Positions 1-10,419 of a DNA stretch of 64,000 nucleotides are shown here, in pieces. The position numbers were made by a program, and so were the translations under genes. Every line of letters starts with the position of its first letter. The stretch's first letter is position 1. The notes beneath the pieces were generated by a model. It was given only the letters and a program-made list of their open reading frames with translations, made no database searches and was not told the origin of the DNA. Source of the stretch: Herpetosiphon aurantiacus DSM 785 (GTDB taxonomy: Bacteria; Chloroflexota; Chloroflexia; Chloroflexales; Herpetosiphonaceae); NCBI GenBank assembly GCA_000018565.1, contig CP000875.1, positions 569,199 through 633,198 of the forward strand. The letters run 5' to 3'.

Positions 1-2338
1 GTCGGTTAACAAGGCTGAGTTTGGAATTTGGTTCCAAGCTGAGCCACCATCAGTTGAAACTTCAACCAATGCACCGTCATAACAGCCACCAGCATTGCGA
101 TCTTCGATGGTTTGCGAGTTCCAGAATTGCAACGTTGGAGTCAACCCTTCGGTCAAGCTGATAGCTGGAGTCGTAATCCATTGATCAGATGTCGAGTCAG
201 GGTCAATTGCCTTGATGCCGTTGCCACCGTTATAGCCGAACGCGCCATGGGCCCAGGTATCACCAGTGCCGCCGTGAGTCCAGCTTGGGTCGCTATCAAA
301 GGTTTCGTTGAAGGCAACCACAGTTTCGGTGCCAATTGGACAATCGCCTGGCGCAGCTTCGGTGGTGAAACTGAAGATGCTGCTATTGGCGCTGACTCCA
401 CAAGCATTGGCAGCACGGACGCGCCAGTAGTGCTTGGTGTTGGTGCTCAATGGAGCGCTGGTCAAGCTGGTCAACTCAGTGGTTGCGGTGTAAACCAAGT
501 TGCTGAAGCTGGCATCGCTAGCAACTTCCAGCACGTAGTTGGTTGCACCAGCAGCGCTTGACCAACTGAATGCAGGGGTTTCGCTAACGTTGGTCGCATT
601 ATTAGCAGGAGCCGTCAAGCTTGGGGCAGCACTTGGCAAACCGCCTGAGATACTAAGATCGAGGTCGGTGGTGCGGCTAATCGTCGTGCTATCGCCACGG
701 ATAACCACGCTATAATCGCCTGCCATTGCTGTGCTGAGGTTGCCAATCGTGAGTTGGCTACTTAAGGTTGGCGAAATAACTGGATTTGGCGTAAAGCTGG
801 CAGTTGCCCCAGCAGGCAAGTTGCTGGCCGAGAGGGTTACTGGCTCGCTGAAGCCTTGAACCCAACCGAGGTTAACCGTTGTTTGGGCTGAAACAGGCGC
901 ACAAACTGCCACGCTCGCAGGGTTGACGTTCATAGTGAAGGCTGGCGTTCCACCTGTGCCATCAAGCACTAATGAGCCTGAGTTAGTTGGATCAAGCCAA
1001 TCTTTCAAGCGACTTGTGCTTGAGCCGCCACCGTTCCACGAAACCGAAATCCGGCCATACCAGTCGTCGCGGTCGTTACCACAGGCGGCATAACCACCAT
1101 GGAGCTGACCAACGATCCGGTGATTGGGATCATACAATGGTGAGCCTGATGAACCACCTTCAGTTGTCCCCAGATCCCAGTCGATGACCCGAATGTGGGT
1201 GCCGCCGCCTGGGACGGTTGTGCCAAGGTAATCGGTGGTTTGGGTTGCTTGGTTTTCGAAGCTGATGCGTTTTTCTTCAACGCCAGGGTGGTGAATCGCC
1301 ACAACACTGGGGAAGTCGCCACTTTGGGCATTCCAACCAGACCAGAATGGGGCATATTCGGTTGGAACTTCGTCATCAAGTTCAATCAAGGCAAAGTCGG
1401 ATGCGGCATAGTTGGCCAGTAAAGTTGCCCCAGTCATCGTGGTGTTGGGCTTGGGCAATGGCGTGCCGTTCTCGGCTGAGCCAACCGTGCGACACAGGGT
1501 TGATTCGTAATTCCAATAGGTTACGACCGTTGCTGCGTTTTCTGCGGTGATGCCACAGTGATTCGCGGTTAGGAAGTAGGGTTTTTGGTCGTTGGCCGTG
1601 GTGTTGATCAATGCACCACTACACATATCCAAGCCATTGCGGGTATAAGCGGCAACTGAGTTAATTTCGGCCCGCCAGTCATCACCCTCAGGACAGACCA
1701 CATCGACGTTACACGAGCCAGATTTATCGACCAACAGATCGCGGGGAATACCGAAGCCACTGAAGCCACGGTTAATTGCGCTCAAGGTCAAATCGGCAAG
1801 GGCAAACTCGCCACTATCGGCGCTGTATTCGATAACCATTTGATCGCCAGCGACGATTGGAGTCCATAATTGGCCGTGCTCTTCGTTATCAGCAGCACTG
1901 TATGGCCCAAGAATTGAGCGATAATCAGGGCTATAGAGAAACAATTGGCCACTCTTGGGGAGGTTGTAGCTGGTAAAGCCTACGTTGATCGACAAGGCCT
2001 TTGGTGCGTCGATGCGTAAACGAGCGACGGTACGATTGCCAACAATTTCGATTGAAGCCACTTGCTTGATGTCAAGCGTGGTTTGGTAATCTTTGGCGAA
2101 ACGCGTTGGCAAATTACTTGGGCGCTTAGCGGCATCAGCACGTTCTTTGGCAAGGTCAAGTTCTGGCACAGCAATCTGGGCTACTGTGTTCAAATCCTTC
2201 AAGCCTTGCGCCAATGCTAATGGACGGTCGGAAGTGCTGGCTTGATTTTGCGCAGCGGTGAACGGCACCTTAGCCCCGATGACCGATAATAAAACGGTAA
2301 TCGCAAGTAAGGCAAATACCCAACGGGATCGAACCATG
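1..2338 (-). CDS. Secreted S1-family serine endopeptidase (lysyl-endopeptidase-like) with long C-terminal extension; 3' end runs off window start
   Basis: By-eye minus-strand translation from ATG at 2338 is open to position 1. N-terminal signal-like hydrophobic segment (MVRSRWVFALLAITVLL). Contains LTANHCG (catalytic His context) and GGSSGSPL (catalytic Ser context typical of Lys-C/Achromobacter protease I-like enzymes), then a long Thr/Ser/Gly-rich extension. Absent from ORF track because it has no stop in window. Confidence 0.6.
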
Positions 2339-2571
2339 CCATAACCTCCTGAGGCGTGTTCCACACAACATTGAGGGGAATTTGGAGAGGATTTTGTGAA
2401 TGAGTCTACTATAAAAATAATTAGATGATTTGTCAAATTTATTAACTATTGTCTTATCGCGATAAGTCGATATATGTTTGGATGACATGAAGTAGGCGTA
2501 ATGTCCGATATTAGCTAGCTAGATGGGGATTTATTATGGCGATAGAATGATTAAATATCTGATTTAGGCCA

Positions 2572-2624
2572 CAAAAAAACAGCATTCTGGAAATAATGTA
2601 GTTTTGTCAGAATGCTGTTTTTAT
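2572..2624 (-). terminator. Rho-independent terminator downstream of FAH-family gene
   Basis: Inverted repeat cagcattctg...cagaatgctg flanked by an A-run on one side and a T-run on the other; reads as hairpin plus U-tract on the minus strand (bidirectional potential). Confidence 0.5.
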
Positions 2625-2629
2625 AAACA

Positions 2630-3550
2630 TTAGCCTGCCACGACAGGGTTACGAAGAATACCAATGCCCTCAACTTCGGTTTCGAGCAAATCGCCTGGGC
2701 GTAAAAATTCTTGGGGAGTACGCGCAAAACCTACGCCAGCCGGTGTGCCAGTTGCAATAATATCGCCTGGCTCAAGGGTCATGCCTTGGGAAAGCACATG
2801 AATTAATGTAGGAATATTAAAAATAAGATCGTTGGTATTAGACTCCTGTTTGATCTCGCCGTTGACGCGTAGCCGAACCACCAAATTATGCGGGTCGGTC
2901 AACTCATCGCTGGTGATGATCCACGGCCCCATTGGGCATGAGCCATCGAGCGCTTTGCCTTTGAAAAATTGCTGATGGCGCATTTGTAAATCTCGCGCCG
3001 AAACATCGTTAATCACCGTATAGCCCCAAACATGCTCCATGGCTTGCTCGTGGCTGATGTTTTTGCCAGCTTTGCCGATCACCACACCCAATTCAACTTC
3101 CCAATCAATCCGTTCGGAAACTGCTGGATCAATCACAATTTCGCCAGTTGGGCTGTTGATGGCGGTTGGTGGTTTGGTGAAAAATACCGGATGCTCGGGC
3201 ATTTTGACTTCTAGCCCTTTGGCTTGCAACGATTCACGAGCGTGGGCTGCATAATTAAGGCCCACACAAAACACATTTTTCAATGGGCGGGGCAAGGGAG
3301 CCAACAATTGATCCATATTTAATTGGATGCCTGCACGGCTTTGATAGTCGGGCAAGGCCGCCTTGATTGTGTCCAAGCCAGCATCGCCTGCTTCGATTAA
3401 GGCTTGGAGCGATTGATAGCCATCGAGCAACATCACCCGATCGCCAAGCACAATGCCTGGACGTGGCCCAACCGCAGTTTTGAGGGTTACAAATCGCATG
3501 GTTTCTCCGCAACATCGCCATGATAACGGTTTCACATTATCGTTTGGCAA
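2630..3550 (-). CDS. Fumarylacetoacetate hydrolase (FAH) family protein (2-keto-4-pentenoate hydratase-like)
   Basis: 306 aa ORF with VFCVGLNYAAHARE metal-binding motif region and C-terminal GDIIATGTPAGVG typical of the FAH fold. Confidence 0.75.
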   Translation of the reverse strand: MPNDNVKPLSWRCCGETMRFVTLKTAVGPRPGIVLGDRVMLLDGYQSLQALIEAGDAGLDTIKAALPDYQSRAGIQLNMDQLLAPLPRPLKNVFCVGLNYAAHARESLQAKGLEVKMPEHPVFFTKPPTAINSPTGEIVIDPAVSERIDWEVELGVVIGKAGKNISHEQAMEHVWGYTVINDVSARDLQMRHQQFFKGKALDGSCPMGPWIITSDELTDPHNLVVRLRVNGEIKQESNTNDLIFNIPTLIHVLSQGMTLEPGDIIATGTPAGVGFARTPQEFLRPGDLLETEVEGIGILRNPVVAG

Positions 3551-3593
3551 AAAAACTATAGTTGCATTATAACGATATTCGTTTCTGGTGATG

Positions 3594-4841
3594 CTACGCT
3601 TCAGGATTGAACTTAACGACCAGCAAGGTTAAATCGTCGATTGGTGGTGTGCCGCTTTGAAAAGCGCGAACATCACCAAGGATGGCATCGGCCAACCCAT
3701 GGGCAGGCAGGCGACCATAGGCTTGCACCGCTGAAATCAAGCGTTCACGGCCATAGGTATCGCCAGCGAAGTTGCGGGCATCGCACAAGCCATCGGTATA
3801 AAACACCAAGGCATCACCTGGCTCTAAATCGGTATGCATCTCTTCGAAAAAAGCTTCTTCAGTGATGCCAACTGGCATGCCGCCGCCCTCAAGCATGGTC
3901 ACGCGGCCTTGTTTGGAGCGATAATGTAATGGCCAATCGTGGCCAGCCCGTACATAGGTAAAGCGCCGTCGTGCAATATCCAAATGCGAATAAACCATGG
4001 TAATCACGGCAGCATCAAGGTTTGTTGCCCGAATCAGTTGGTTGAAACGCTCAACCAAAGCCAACGGATGGCGCTGATCCATCCCCAGCAACAAACCTTT
4101 GGCCATGGCCATAACCAAAGCAGCTCCAGCGCCCTTATCGCAAACATCGGCCATCACAATCGAGAGCATATGCTCGCTCAGTTGGCGCACCTCATAGAAA
4201 TCACCGCTCATCTCATAGGCAGGAAAGGTGGCGGCAGCAATCACCACGCCATGCAGATTAGGAAAGATGGTCGGCACAAGTCGGCGCTGTAATTCGCGGC
4301 CTAACTCCAATTCGCGGGCGGCGCGAGCACGGCGTAGAGCTTCAGCTTGGGCTTGCTCCAACGCGGTGTAAGCATCAGTCAGTAGCCGATTTTTATGGCG
4401 TAAATCTTCTAAGCGCCGTTCATCGGAGCGCCGTACATGAGCCGCGACCCGCCGCAACATATTGTAGGCAATGGCGGGGTAAGTGTGTAATAAGGTTTCA
4501 AAGGCGGCAATTGGGATCTCTAAAACTTCACTTTGCACCACCGCGATTGCCCCAGCGGCGCGGGTTCCATCAGGCTCCAATAAACTTAGCTCGCCAAAAA
4601 ATGCCCCAACCCCCAACAACCCAAGGGTCGTTTCCTCAGAACTACCTTGCTCAAGCACCAGCCGCAAGGTTCCGCTGACTACCACATAACAAGCATCGCC
4701 ACGATCACGCTGGTGAAACAACCAGGCATCGGCTGGCAACGCACGAATTCGCGCCTGACTATCGAGCATTTGCAAGCCTTCGAGCGAAAGATCGGCAAAT
4801 AGTGGGACTCGACGTAGGAACTCCATTTGGGACATACCCAC
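3594..4841 (-). CDS. Cyclic-nucleotide-binding domain / PP2C (SpoIIE/RsbU-type) serine phosphatase fusion
   Basis: N-terminal cNMP-binding signature (VVSGTLRL...FGELSLL); C-terminal PP2C-like region (MADVCDKGAGAALVMA, YTDGLCDARN). Confidence 0.75.
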   Translation of the reverse strand: MGMSQMEFLRRVPLFADLSLEGLQMLDSQARIRALPADAWLFHQRDRGDACYVVVSGTLRLVLEQGSSEETTLGLLGVGAFFGELSLLEPDGTRAAGAIAVVQSEVLEIPIAAFETLLHTYPAIAYNMLRRVAAHVRRSDERRLEDLRHKNRLLTDAYTALEQAQAEALRRARAARELELGRELQRRLVPTIFPNLHGVVIAAATFPAYEMSGDFYEVRQLSEHMLSIVMADVCDKGAGAALVMAMAKGLLLGMDQRHPLALVERFNQLIRATNLDAAVITMVYSHLDIARRRFTYVRAGHDWPLHYRSKQGRVTMLEGGGMPVGITEEAFFEEMHTDLEPGDALVFYTDGLCDARNFAGDTYGRERLISAVQAYGRLPAHGLADAILGDVRAFQSGTPPIDDLTLLVVKFNPEA

Positions 4842-4978
4842 CTCCTAGCAACGACCAAAATGCAGCATAGCACGCTCGCTATGCTGATGCAAGATAGGCC
4901 TGATTGCGGCGATTAAGTTGGTATAGGCGCTGGCTGCGGTACAATACAGCTACGACTGCTTAGTGATGGAGGAAGCCC

Positions 4979-6109
4979 ATGCCTCGTCAGCTTTTAACCT
5001 ATGTTGATGCTTGCCTACCCGATCTGCTGGATGAAATGCGTCAATGGATCGAAATTGAATCGTTTACCCGTGATATTACGGCGGTTTCTTGGATGGTCAA
5101 CGTGGTTGGCGAGCGTTTGAGTAAGCTTGGTGCAAGTGTGCGCAAATATAATGGCAAGCCCCAAGCCGACCATTTGTTGGCAAGTTGGCCAGGCGAGGGC
5201 GAACCATTGCTAATTGTGGGCCATGTTGATACCGTTTATCCGCCAGGCACGATTGATCAATTTCCGTTCCGCATCGATGGCGATGTGGTGCGTGGGCCTG
5301 GAGTCAGCGATATGAAGGGCTGTATTTTGCTGACTTGCGCCGCCTTGCAAGCCTTACGCCACTTTAGCCGCTGGACCAGCCGCCCCTTGAAATTTTTAAT
5401 TACGACCGATGAAGAGATTGGTAGCCCAACCTCCCGACGGTATATTGAAGAACAGGCTCGCGGTTGTCGCGCAGCCTTGATTATCGAATCAGCAGAAGAG
5501 GGTGGTTGGCTCAAAACATGGCGCAAAAGTGTCAGTATGTATGACTTAACAATTACTGGCAAGCCCTCGCATGCGGGGGTAGCCCCGGAGCTTGGCATTA
5601 GCGCGATTCACGAATTAAGCTACCAAATTGGCCAGATTTTGCCCTTGGCGCGGCCTGAAATTGGCACAACGATCAATATTGGCAAAATTAATGGTGGTAC
5701 TGCCACCAATGTTGTAGCCGCCGAGGCCCATTGCACGATCGATGTGCGGGCATTAAAAGTTGGCGAGGCGGAACGGGTTGATCAAGCGCTGCATCAATTA
5801 GTGCCCCATTTGGCTGGCGCAAAATTAACTTTAGAAGGTGGCGTAAATCGCCCAGCCATGGAACAAACGCCTGCCACAATGGCATTATATGCTGCTGCCG
5901 AGCAAATTGCCAATCAATTGGATTTGCCGATTAAAGCTAGTGGCACTGGCGGCGGTTCGGATGGCAATTTCACGTCGGCGATCGGTGTGCCAACCCTCGA
6001 TGGGCTTGGTGGCTGGGGCAGTGATTCGCATAGCTTCGATGAATGGCTTTCGATCAGCCAATTTGCCCCACGGGCTGCCTTGCTGGCTCGTTTGATTGAG
6101 ACATTGTAG
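4979..6109 (+). CDS. M20 family metallopeptidase (carboxypeptidase G2 / ArgE-DapE-like)
   Basis: GHVDTVYP, DMKG and ITTDEEIGS metal-ligand motifs; 376 aa. Confidence 0.8.
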   Translation: MPRQLLTYVDACLPDLLDEMRQWIEIESFTRDITAVSWMVNVVGERLSKLGASVRKYNGKPQADHLLASWPGEGEPLLIVGHVDTVYPPGTIDQFPFRIDGDVVRGPGVSDMKGCILLTCAALQALRHFSRWTSRPLKFLITTDEEIGSPTSRRYIEEQARGCRAALIIESAEEGGWLKTWRKSVSMYDLTITGKPSHAGVAPELGISAIHELSYQIGQILPLARPEIGTTINIGKINGGTATNVVAAEAHCTIDVRALKVGEAERVDQALHQLVPHLAGAKLTLEGGVNRPAMEQTPATMALYAAAEQIANQLDLPIKASGTGGGSDGNFTSAIGVPTLDGLGGWGSDSHSFDEWLSISQFAPRAALLARLIETL

Positions 6110-6139
6110 GCATTGGGGATCGGTTACTGGGGGTTGGGG

Positions 6140-6430
6140 ATCGGAGCGAGGGATCTGGATTCAGGGAGTTCCAGCGTTGATTCCCCCTCGCCCGCCCAGC
6201 GGGCGAGGGGGCTAGCTTACAAGGGTAGGTTTTACGACCCCTCACCCCCAACCCCTCTCCCACTGCGGCGGGAGAGGGGCGATCAAATAATCATGGTGGT
6301 GCGATTCCCCCTCGCCTCGCGGGCGGGAGAGGGGGTTAGGGGGTGAGGGCATGCCAATTGACGATCCATCCCACTCAAGCATTGTTAACAACCTACCCTT
6401 GTAAGGAGGGGGCGAGGGGGTGAGGGAAAG
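6140..6430. repeat. GC-rich REP/MITE-like hairpin repeat cluster (family copy 1)
   Basis: Multiple perfect hairpins (ccccctcgcccgcccagcgggcgaggggg; cccctctcccactgcggcgggagagggg; ccccctcgcctcgcgggcgggagaggggg). Bounded by the inverted motif CCCTCACCCCC...GGGGGTGAGGG. An additional 16-bp terminal inverted repeat cttacaagggtaggtt (6216-6231) / aacctacccttgtaag (6390-6405). About 100 bp of this is near-identical to 13430-13532. Confidence 0.55.
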
Positions 6431-6469
6431 AAATGATCCACTCTGCGCCTCTGCGTTAAAGCTTGCTCC

Positions 6470-7594
6470 TTACTCAGCGGCGACTTTGACCCAGCCAGTG
6501 CGTTGGATTAACAGCTCATACAATGGCTTTGGTAAGCTACAAATCACATCGCCATCTTTGGCGGGCAAGGCTTGGCGTAAATCACTGCGGCCTGCTTTAA
6601 CCTTATTTGGCCAGTCTGGCTCCCACAAAGCGACCCGTCCAAGTGCCACGAGTTCGGCTCCATCGTGCAAGGGTAATTCGGCTTGTTCAGGCGTTTCGAT
6701 GCTGCCGACTGCCATTAAGGGAACCCGCCCAGCCAATTTTTCAATGACTAAAGGGCTCAGTCGTTGGGTTGATTCGGGGTTGCGCATCGAGCCAGCCGCA
6801 TAATTCCATAAAGAAATGTGCAAGTAATCCAAGCGGCAATCGGCTAAACGATCAACCAAAACTAAGGTATCTTCAATCGTAATGCCTGGATTTTCGATCT
6901 CCTCTGGCGAGAAGCGATAGCCCACAATAAACTGATCGCCAACGGCTTCGCGCACCGCTTTGGCTAAAGTAATTGGGTAGCGCAAGCGTCGTTCCAAGTC
7001 GCCACCCCATTCGTCGTCGCGGCGGTTGGAATGCGGCGAGAAAAATTGTTGAATCAAATAGGTATTTGCGCCGTGAATTTCAACGCCATCGAAGCCTGCG
7101 ACTGCTGCCCGTTTGGCGGCTGCCACAAAATCGGCGATGCTTTTTTCGACTTCAGCAGCGCTCATTGCCCGAGGTTCGAGGGAGCCTTGGCGTTCGGCGG
7201 CAACGGCTGAGGCTGAGCGTGGCGCTGGCTCGATCAACACCTTGGGGTCGGCCATGCGCCCGCCATCGTGAATTTGCAGAATGGCGATTGCGCCTTCGGC
7301 CTTGATGGCGCTAGCTGCTTGACGTAATGAATCGAGCTTGTCGTCATTATCGCAGCCCCATTGATTGATAAAGGCTTGGCCAGCCCTATCAACGTAACAA
7401 GCAGCGGTGATAACGGTTCCAAAGCCGCCAGCGGCACGGCGTTGCAATAAAGCCACTTCACCTGGGCTAATTTGGCCTTCAGGCGTGCCCGAATAGGTGG
7501 TCATGGGGGCGAGAACGAGACGATTGGGCAGGGTAACACCGCTAACAGGCAGCGTATATGGCTCGAACAATGACATAAATTCCTCGTAACACAA
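6470..7594 (-). CDS. NADH:flavin oxidoreductase, Old Yellow Enzyme family
   Basis: 374 aa; GFDGVEIHGANTYLIQQFFSPHSNRRDDEWGG TIM-barrel OYE signature. Confidence 0.85.
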   Translation of the reverse strand: MCYEEFMSLFEPYTLPVSGVTLPNRLVLAPMTTYSGTPEGQISPGEVALLQRRAAGGFGTVITAACYVDRAGQAFINQWGCDNDDKLDSLRQAASAIKAEGAIAILQIHDGGRMADPKVLIEPAPRSASAVAAERQGSLEPRAMSAAEVEKSIADFVAAAKRAAVAGFDGVEIHGANTYLIQQFFSPHSNRRDDEWGGDLERRLRYPITLAKAVREAVGDQFIVGYRFSPEEIENPGITIEDTLVLVDRLADCRLDYLHISLWNYAAGSMRNPESTQRLSPLVIEKLAGRVPLMAVGSIETPEQAELPLHDGAELVALGRVALWEPDWPNKVKAGRSDLRQALPAKDGDVICSLPKPLYELLIQRTGWVKVAAE

Positions 7595-7705
7595 TATATT
7601 GAATTACGCAGATATGCGTATCCCAATATATTGTGCCACAAGTCGATTTTGAAAACGGGCAGACTAGAGAAGAATTAACACAAATCTTATAGAAGGGCCA
7701 TGGGG

Positions 7706-7933
7706 TTACGAGCTAGCAACGAGACCTTCGATGCCAACCCAAAAGTTATCTTTGCGAACATAAGGCCGTGAAACCACCCGCACCCCTTCAACATCTTCGT
7801 TGAAAATTTGGGTAGCATTGACCAGCACGACATTTGGACGTTCGCCGAAACGATCTTCATAGGCAAAAATCGCTTCGGCAATTTTGAAGCGCAATTCTTT
7901 ACGCGGATGATCATCAAACCAAGCTAAATACAC
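7706..7933 (-). CDS. Hypothetical small protein
   Basis: 75 aa ORF, no recognisable motif; adjacent to and co-oriented with next small ORF. Confidence 0.3.
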   Translation of the reverse strand: MYLAWFDDHPRKELRFKIAEAIFAYEDRFGERPNVVLVNATQIFNEDVEGVRVVSRPYVRKDNFWVGIEGLVASS

Positions 7934-7945
7934 GGTCGGCCTCCT

Positions 7946-8221
7946 CTAGCGTTCAACGCACCACGCATTTAAGCGTACATCTTGGAAAATGTTGTAAACC
8001 TGATCGTTGGTGCAACGCACCCGAAAATAGTGGCGTGGTGGTCGTGCCCAACGCGCCTCTTTGCTCCAAACTCGTTCAATCTTAGCGACCTGATGGCTGA
8101 TACCCCGCCATAAAAAGGCCATCGGCAAATAATTATGGCGTTTATGGGTTAATTGAATTGGCTCAATCTGCATCTCGGTTACCCTTCGTGTTGTACTCAA
8201 TCGTTGCAAGGCTCCAAGCAT
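7946..8221 (-). CDS. Hypothetical small protein (likely starts at internal Met, MQIEPIQL)
   Basis: 91 aa ORF; no recognisable motif. Confidence 0.3.
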   Translation of the reverse strand: MLGALQRLSTTRRVTEMQIEPIQLTHKRHNYLPMAFLWRGISHQVAKIERVWSKEARWARPPRHYFRVRCTNDQVYNIFQDVRLNAWCVER

Positions 8222-8386
8222 GGCGGCTGGTAAAAGTCTAGAATCAAGCTTGAATCAAGCTTTTAAGCAATGGTGCGCACCGTGGATTACAAGCAGCAAC
8301 TTGGAGAATTTGTGCTTCGAGTATACACGAACATATGTTCTATGTCAATTAAATTGAGCCTGACTAGGGAAATGTAGCGGGAATTT

Positions 8387-8740
8387 CTAGAGCTGAATTC
8401 GTGGAACCAAATCCCAATCGATACGGCCTTGACCAGTTCGTAGATCAGCCGGAATCAAGCTGGCGCAGTCTTGAATGTATTCGCGAATACGGCGAATATC
8501 GAGGTTGTGCTGGTTGGTTTCAAAGGGAGCTAGCATATCGTAGGCGCTGGCCAGCAATTGGCGTGGGCTATCGACAATTCCCAAACGCAATTGGTTGAGC
8601 GCTACTGACAGCCGAATCAGGCCACGATAAAGATCGTTGCGGCTGGGAAACCACAATTCTTCCAATTGCAAAACCCCATCAACAAAACGCTCCTCGTTGA
8701 AGGCGGTGATAAAGCCTTGCCAATGCTCCTGCTCATTCAT
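8387..8740 (-). CDS. Hypothetical protein, possibly DUF309-like
   Basis: 117 aa; weak resemblance to DUF309 helical domain (…LQLEELWFPSRNDLYRGLI…). Confidence 0.35.
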   Translation of the reverse strand: MNEQEHWQGFITAFNEERFVDGVLQLEELWFPSRNDLYRGLIRLSVALNQLRLGIVDSPRQLLASAYDMLAPFETNQHNLDIRRIREYIQDCASLIPADLRTGQGRIDWDLVPRIQL

Positions 8741-9029
8741 GGGCTGCTACCTCAATCACAATCCCGCCGAAACGCGCTTCTCGGGCGGTGCAGCGCTGTC
8801 CGTTGATCCAACACTGATCAGAAGGATAGTCCGATTGATCATCACGATAGCTACCAGCGCAGCCAGTGCCTAAGAAACCCGTGTTGAAAAACTCAACCTG
8901 ACGGCCATGCTGATCAACCGCCAATGCCCGACAATCGACGCAAACATAGCGCGGATAGCGGGGCATTGGCTGAACGGGCTGATTACAAATTGGGCAAATT
9001 TGCGAACTAGCGGGCGTATTGTTGTTCAT
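8733..9029 (-). CDS. Cys-rich zinc-ribbon hypothetical protein
   Basis: CPICN…CVDC and additional Cys pairs in a 98 aa ORF. Confidence 0.35.
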   Translation of the reverse strand: MNNNTPASSQICPICNQPVQPMPRYPRYVCVDCRALAVDQHGRQVEFFNTGFLGTGCAGSYRDDQSDYPSDQCWINGQRCTAREARFGGIVIEVAAHE

Positions 9030-9501
9030 ATTCTGGCTGGCGCAATGGTTGGCTGTTGATGCGGGTGTTGGCTGGAGCTGCGCAGTAAGGGCAAACCTGC
9101 CAGGTCATATCGATCACCCGATCGCAGTTGCCACAGTTGCGACGCAAATGGGTTTGGCAATGTGGGCACAGAATAAAATCGGCCTGAATGCTGCGTTGGC
9201 AATTTGGGCAAACATGCTCATCCTCAATATCGCGACGCATAAAGGTTTCTTCTAATTCGCGCTCGTATTTTTGGCTGAGCGTTTCGCGAGGGCGCACCAA
9301 CATATATAACAACAACCCAGCAAATGGCAAAAAGAAGGCCATTGAGGTTGAAAGCACTTGCACCAAAATATCGTTGGAGCGGCTAGCAATATCGCGGTAG
9401 CTCCATACCAGCGAGGCAACCCATAAGAGCACCAAATAGCCCCCAACAATCATGCCAACAATTGGCAAGATGCTTTTAAGTTCTGCAATAATTTCTGTCA
9501 T
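9007..9501 (-). CDS. Membrane protein with C-terminal double zinc ribbon (start probably at MTEIIAELK)
   Basis: Two TM segments then CPNCQ…CPHCQ…CGNCD…CPYC motifs. Confidence 0.45.
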   Translation of the reverse strand: MTEIIAELKSILPIVGMIVGGYLVLLWVASLVWSYRDIASRSNDILVQVLSTSMAFFLPFAGLLLYMLVRPRETLSQKYERELEETFMRRDIEDEHVCPNCQRSIQADFILCPHCQTHLRRNCGNCDRVIDMTWQVCPYCAAPANTRINSQPLRQPEYEQQYAR

Positions 9502-9666
9502 GTTCCTATGCTTTCCTGAAGAAGGCCTCGGCTGTTTGAGGCGATTGCATGGGTTTAGAATACTGGCAATTAATTTGCCACGATTGGGATATTGTACCAT
9601 ATCAAACCAACGCCTAAGCGCATCTCAGCCTGATGCTCGACTGAGATGCAGCTTATACGGCGGGTT

Positions 9667-10377
9667 TTAGCTCAAGGTTTTAATCGTGGTGAGATGTGGC
9701 TGGACTGCCAAAAGCAGTTGCTCGGTGAGGCTTTCGCGCTCAATTCCTGCATCAAACACCTGCCAACGTTGTGGATCAGCGGCGATCATCTCAAGGTAGC
9801 CACTGCGCACTCGTTCATGGTAGGCAATTTCGCGGGCATCAAGCCGATTCCAATGTTCGTTTTGGCTGGGGCTTGGTTGGGGCAGGTGGGGCAAGGGCAA
9901 GGCTAATTGGCTTGATTCACGAAAATCGTCGCGCTGTTTACGTTTGCGCTGCAAGCCTTGCTCAACGGGCAAATCCAAAAAGAAGGTCAGATCAGGTTGT
10001 AAGCCGCCCGTTGCAAAGCGGGTGATTTCGCGTAGCTCGGTTAAGTTACGGCCCAAGCCATAGCCTTGGTGGGCAAAGGTCGAATCGGCGTAGCGATCGC
10101 ACAAAACAATGCCGCCCAGTTTCAGATAGGGCAAGATCACCTCGCCAACTAACTGAGCTCGAGCGGCAGCAAACAAAAGCGTTTCAGTTGTCGGCTCCAT
10201 CGCCGTCCATTGACCATCGAGCACAAGCCGCCGCACAGCATCGCTAATTGGCGTTCCGCCTGGCTCACGAGTTAAGATGACTGGATAGCCAGCCTGTTGT
10301 AGATAATCCTTGAGGTAGCGGGCTTGGGTGCTCTTCCCGCTACCTTCTGGGCCTTCAAAGGTAATGAACAAGCTCAT
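9667..10377 (-). CDS. tmk: Thymidylate kinase
   Basis: MSLFITFEGPEGSGKSTQ P-loop, DRY motif (LCDRYADST), and LID region; start assigned to MSLF. Confidence 0.9.
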   Translation of the reverse strand: MSLFITFEGPEGSGKSTQARYLKDYLQQAGYPVILTREPGGTPISDAVRRLVLDGQWTAMEPTTETLLFAAARAQLVGEVILPYLKLGGIVLCDRYADSTFAHQGYGLGRNLTELREITRFATGGLQPDLTFFLDLPVEQGLQRKRKQRDDFRESSQLALPLPHLPQPSPSQNEHWNRLDAREIAYHERVRSGYLEMIAADPQRWQVFDAGIERESLTEQLLLAVQPHLTTIKTLS

Positions 10378-10419
10378 GGTTCCCCTACAGTCCAACAAGT
10401 TGAGGCCACGTTGCCGATT

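Noticed and set aside
112-561. ORFs 112..561(+) and 153..416(-) and others in the first 2.3 kb
   Set aside because: They lie inside and out of frame with the long open-ended minus-strand protease gene that carries clear S1 motifs; spurious.
6113-6346. ORFs 6113..6346(+) and 6054..6263(-) inside the GC-rich repeat cluster
   Set aside because: Translations are Gly/Arg/Pro-rich, typical of reading through GC palindromes; region is better explained as REP/MITE-like repeats.
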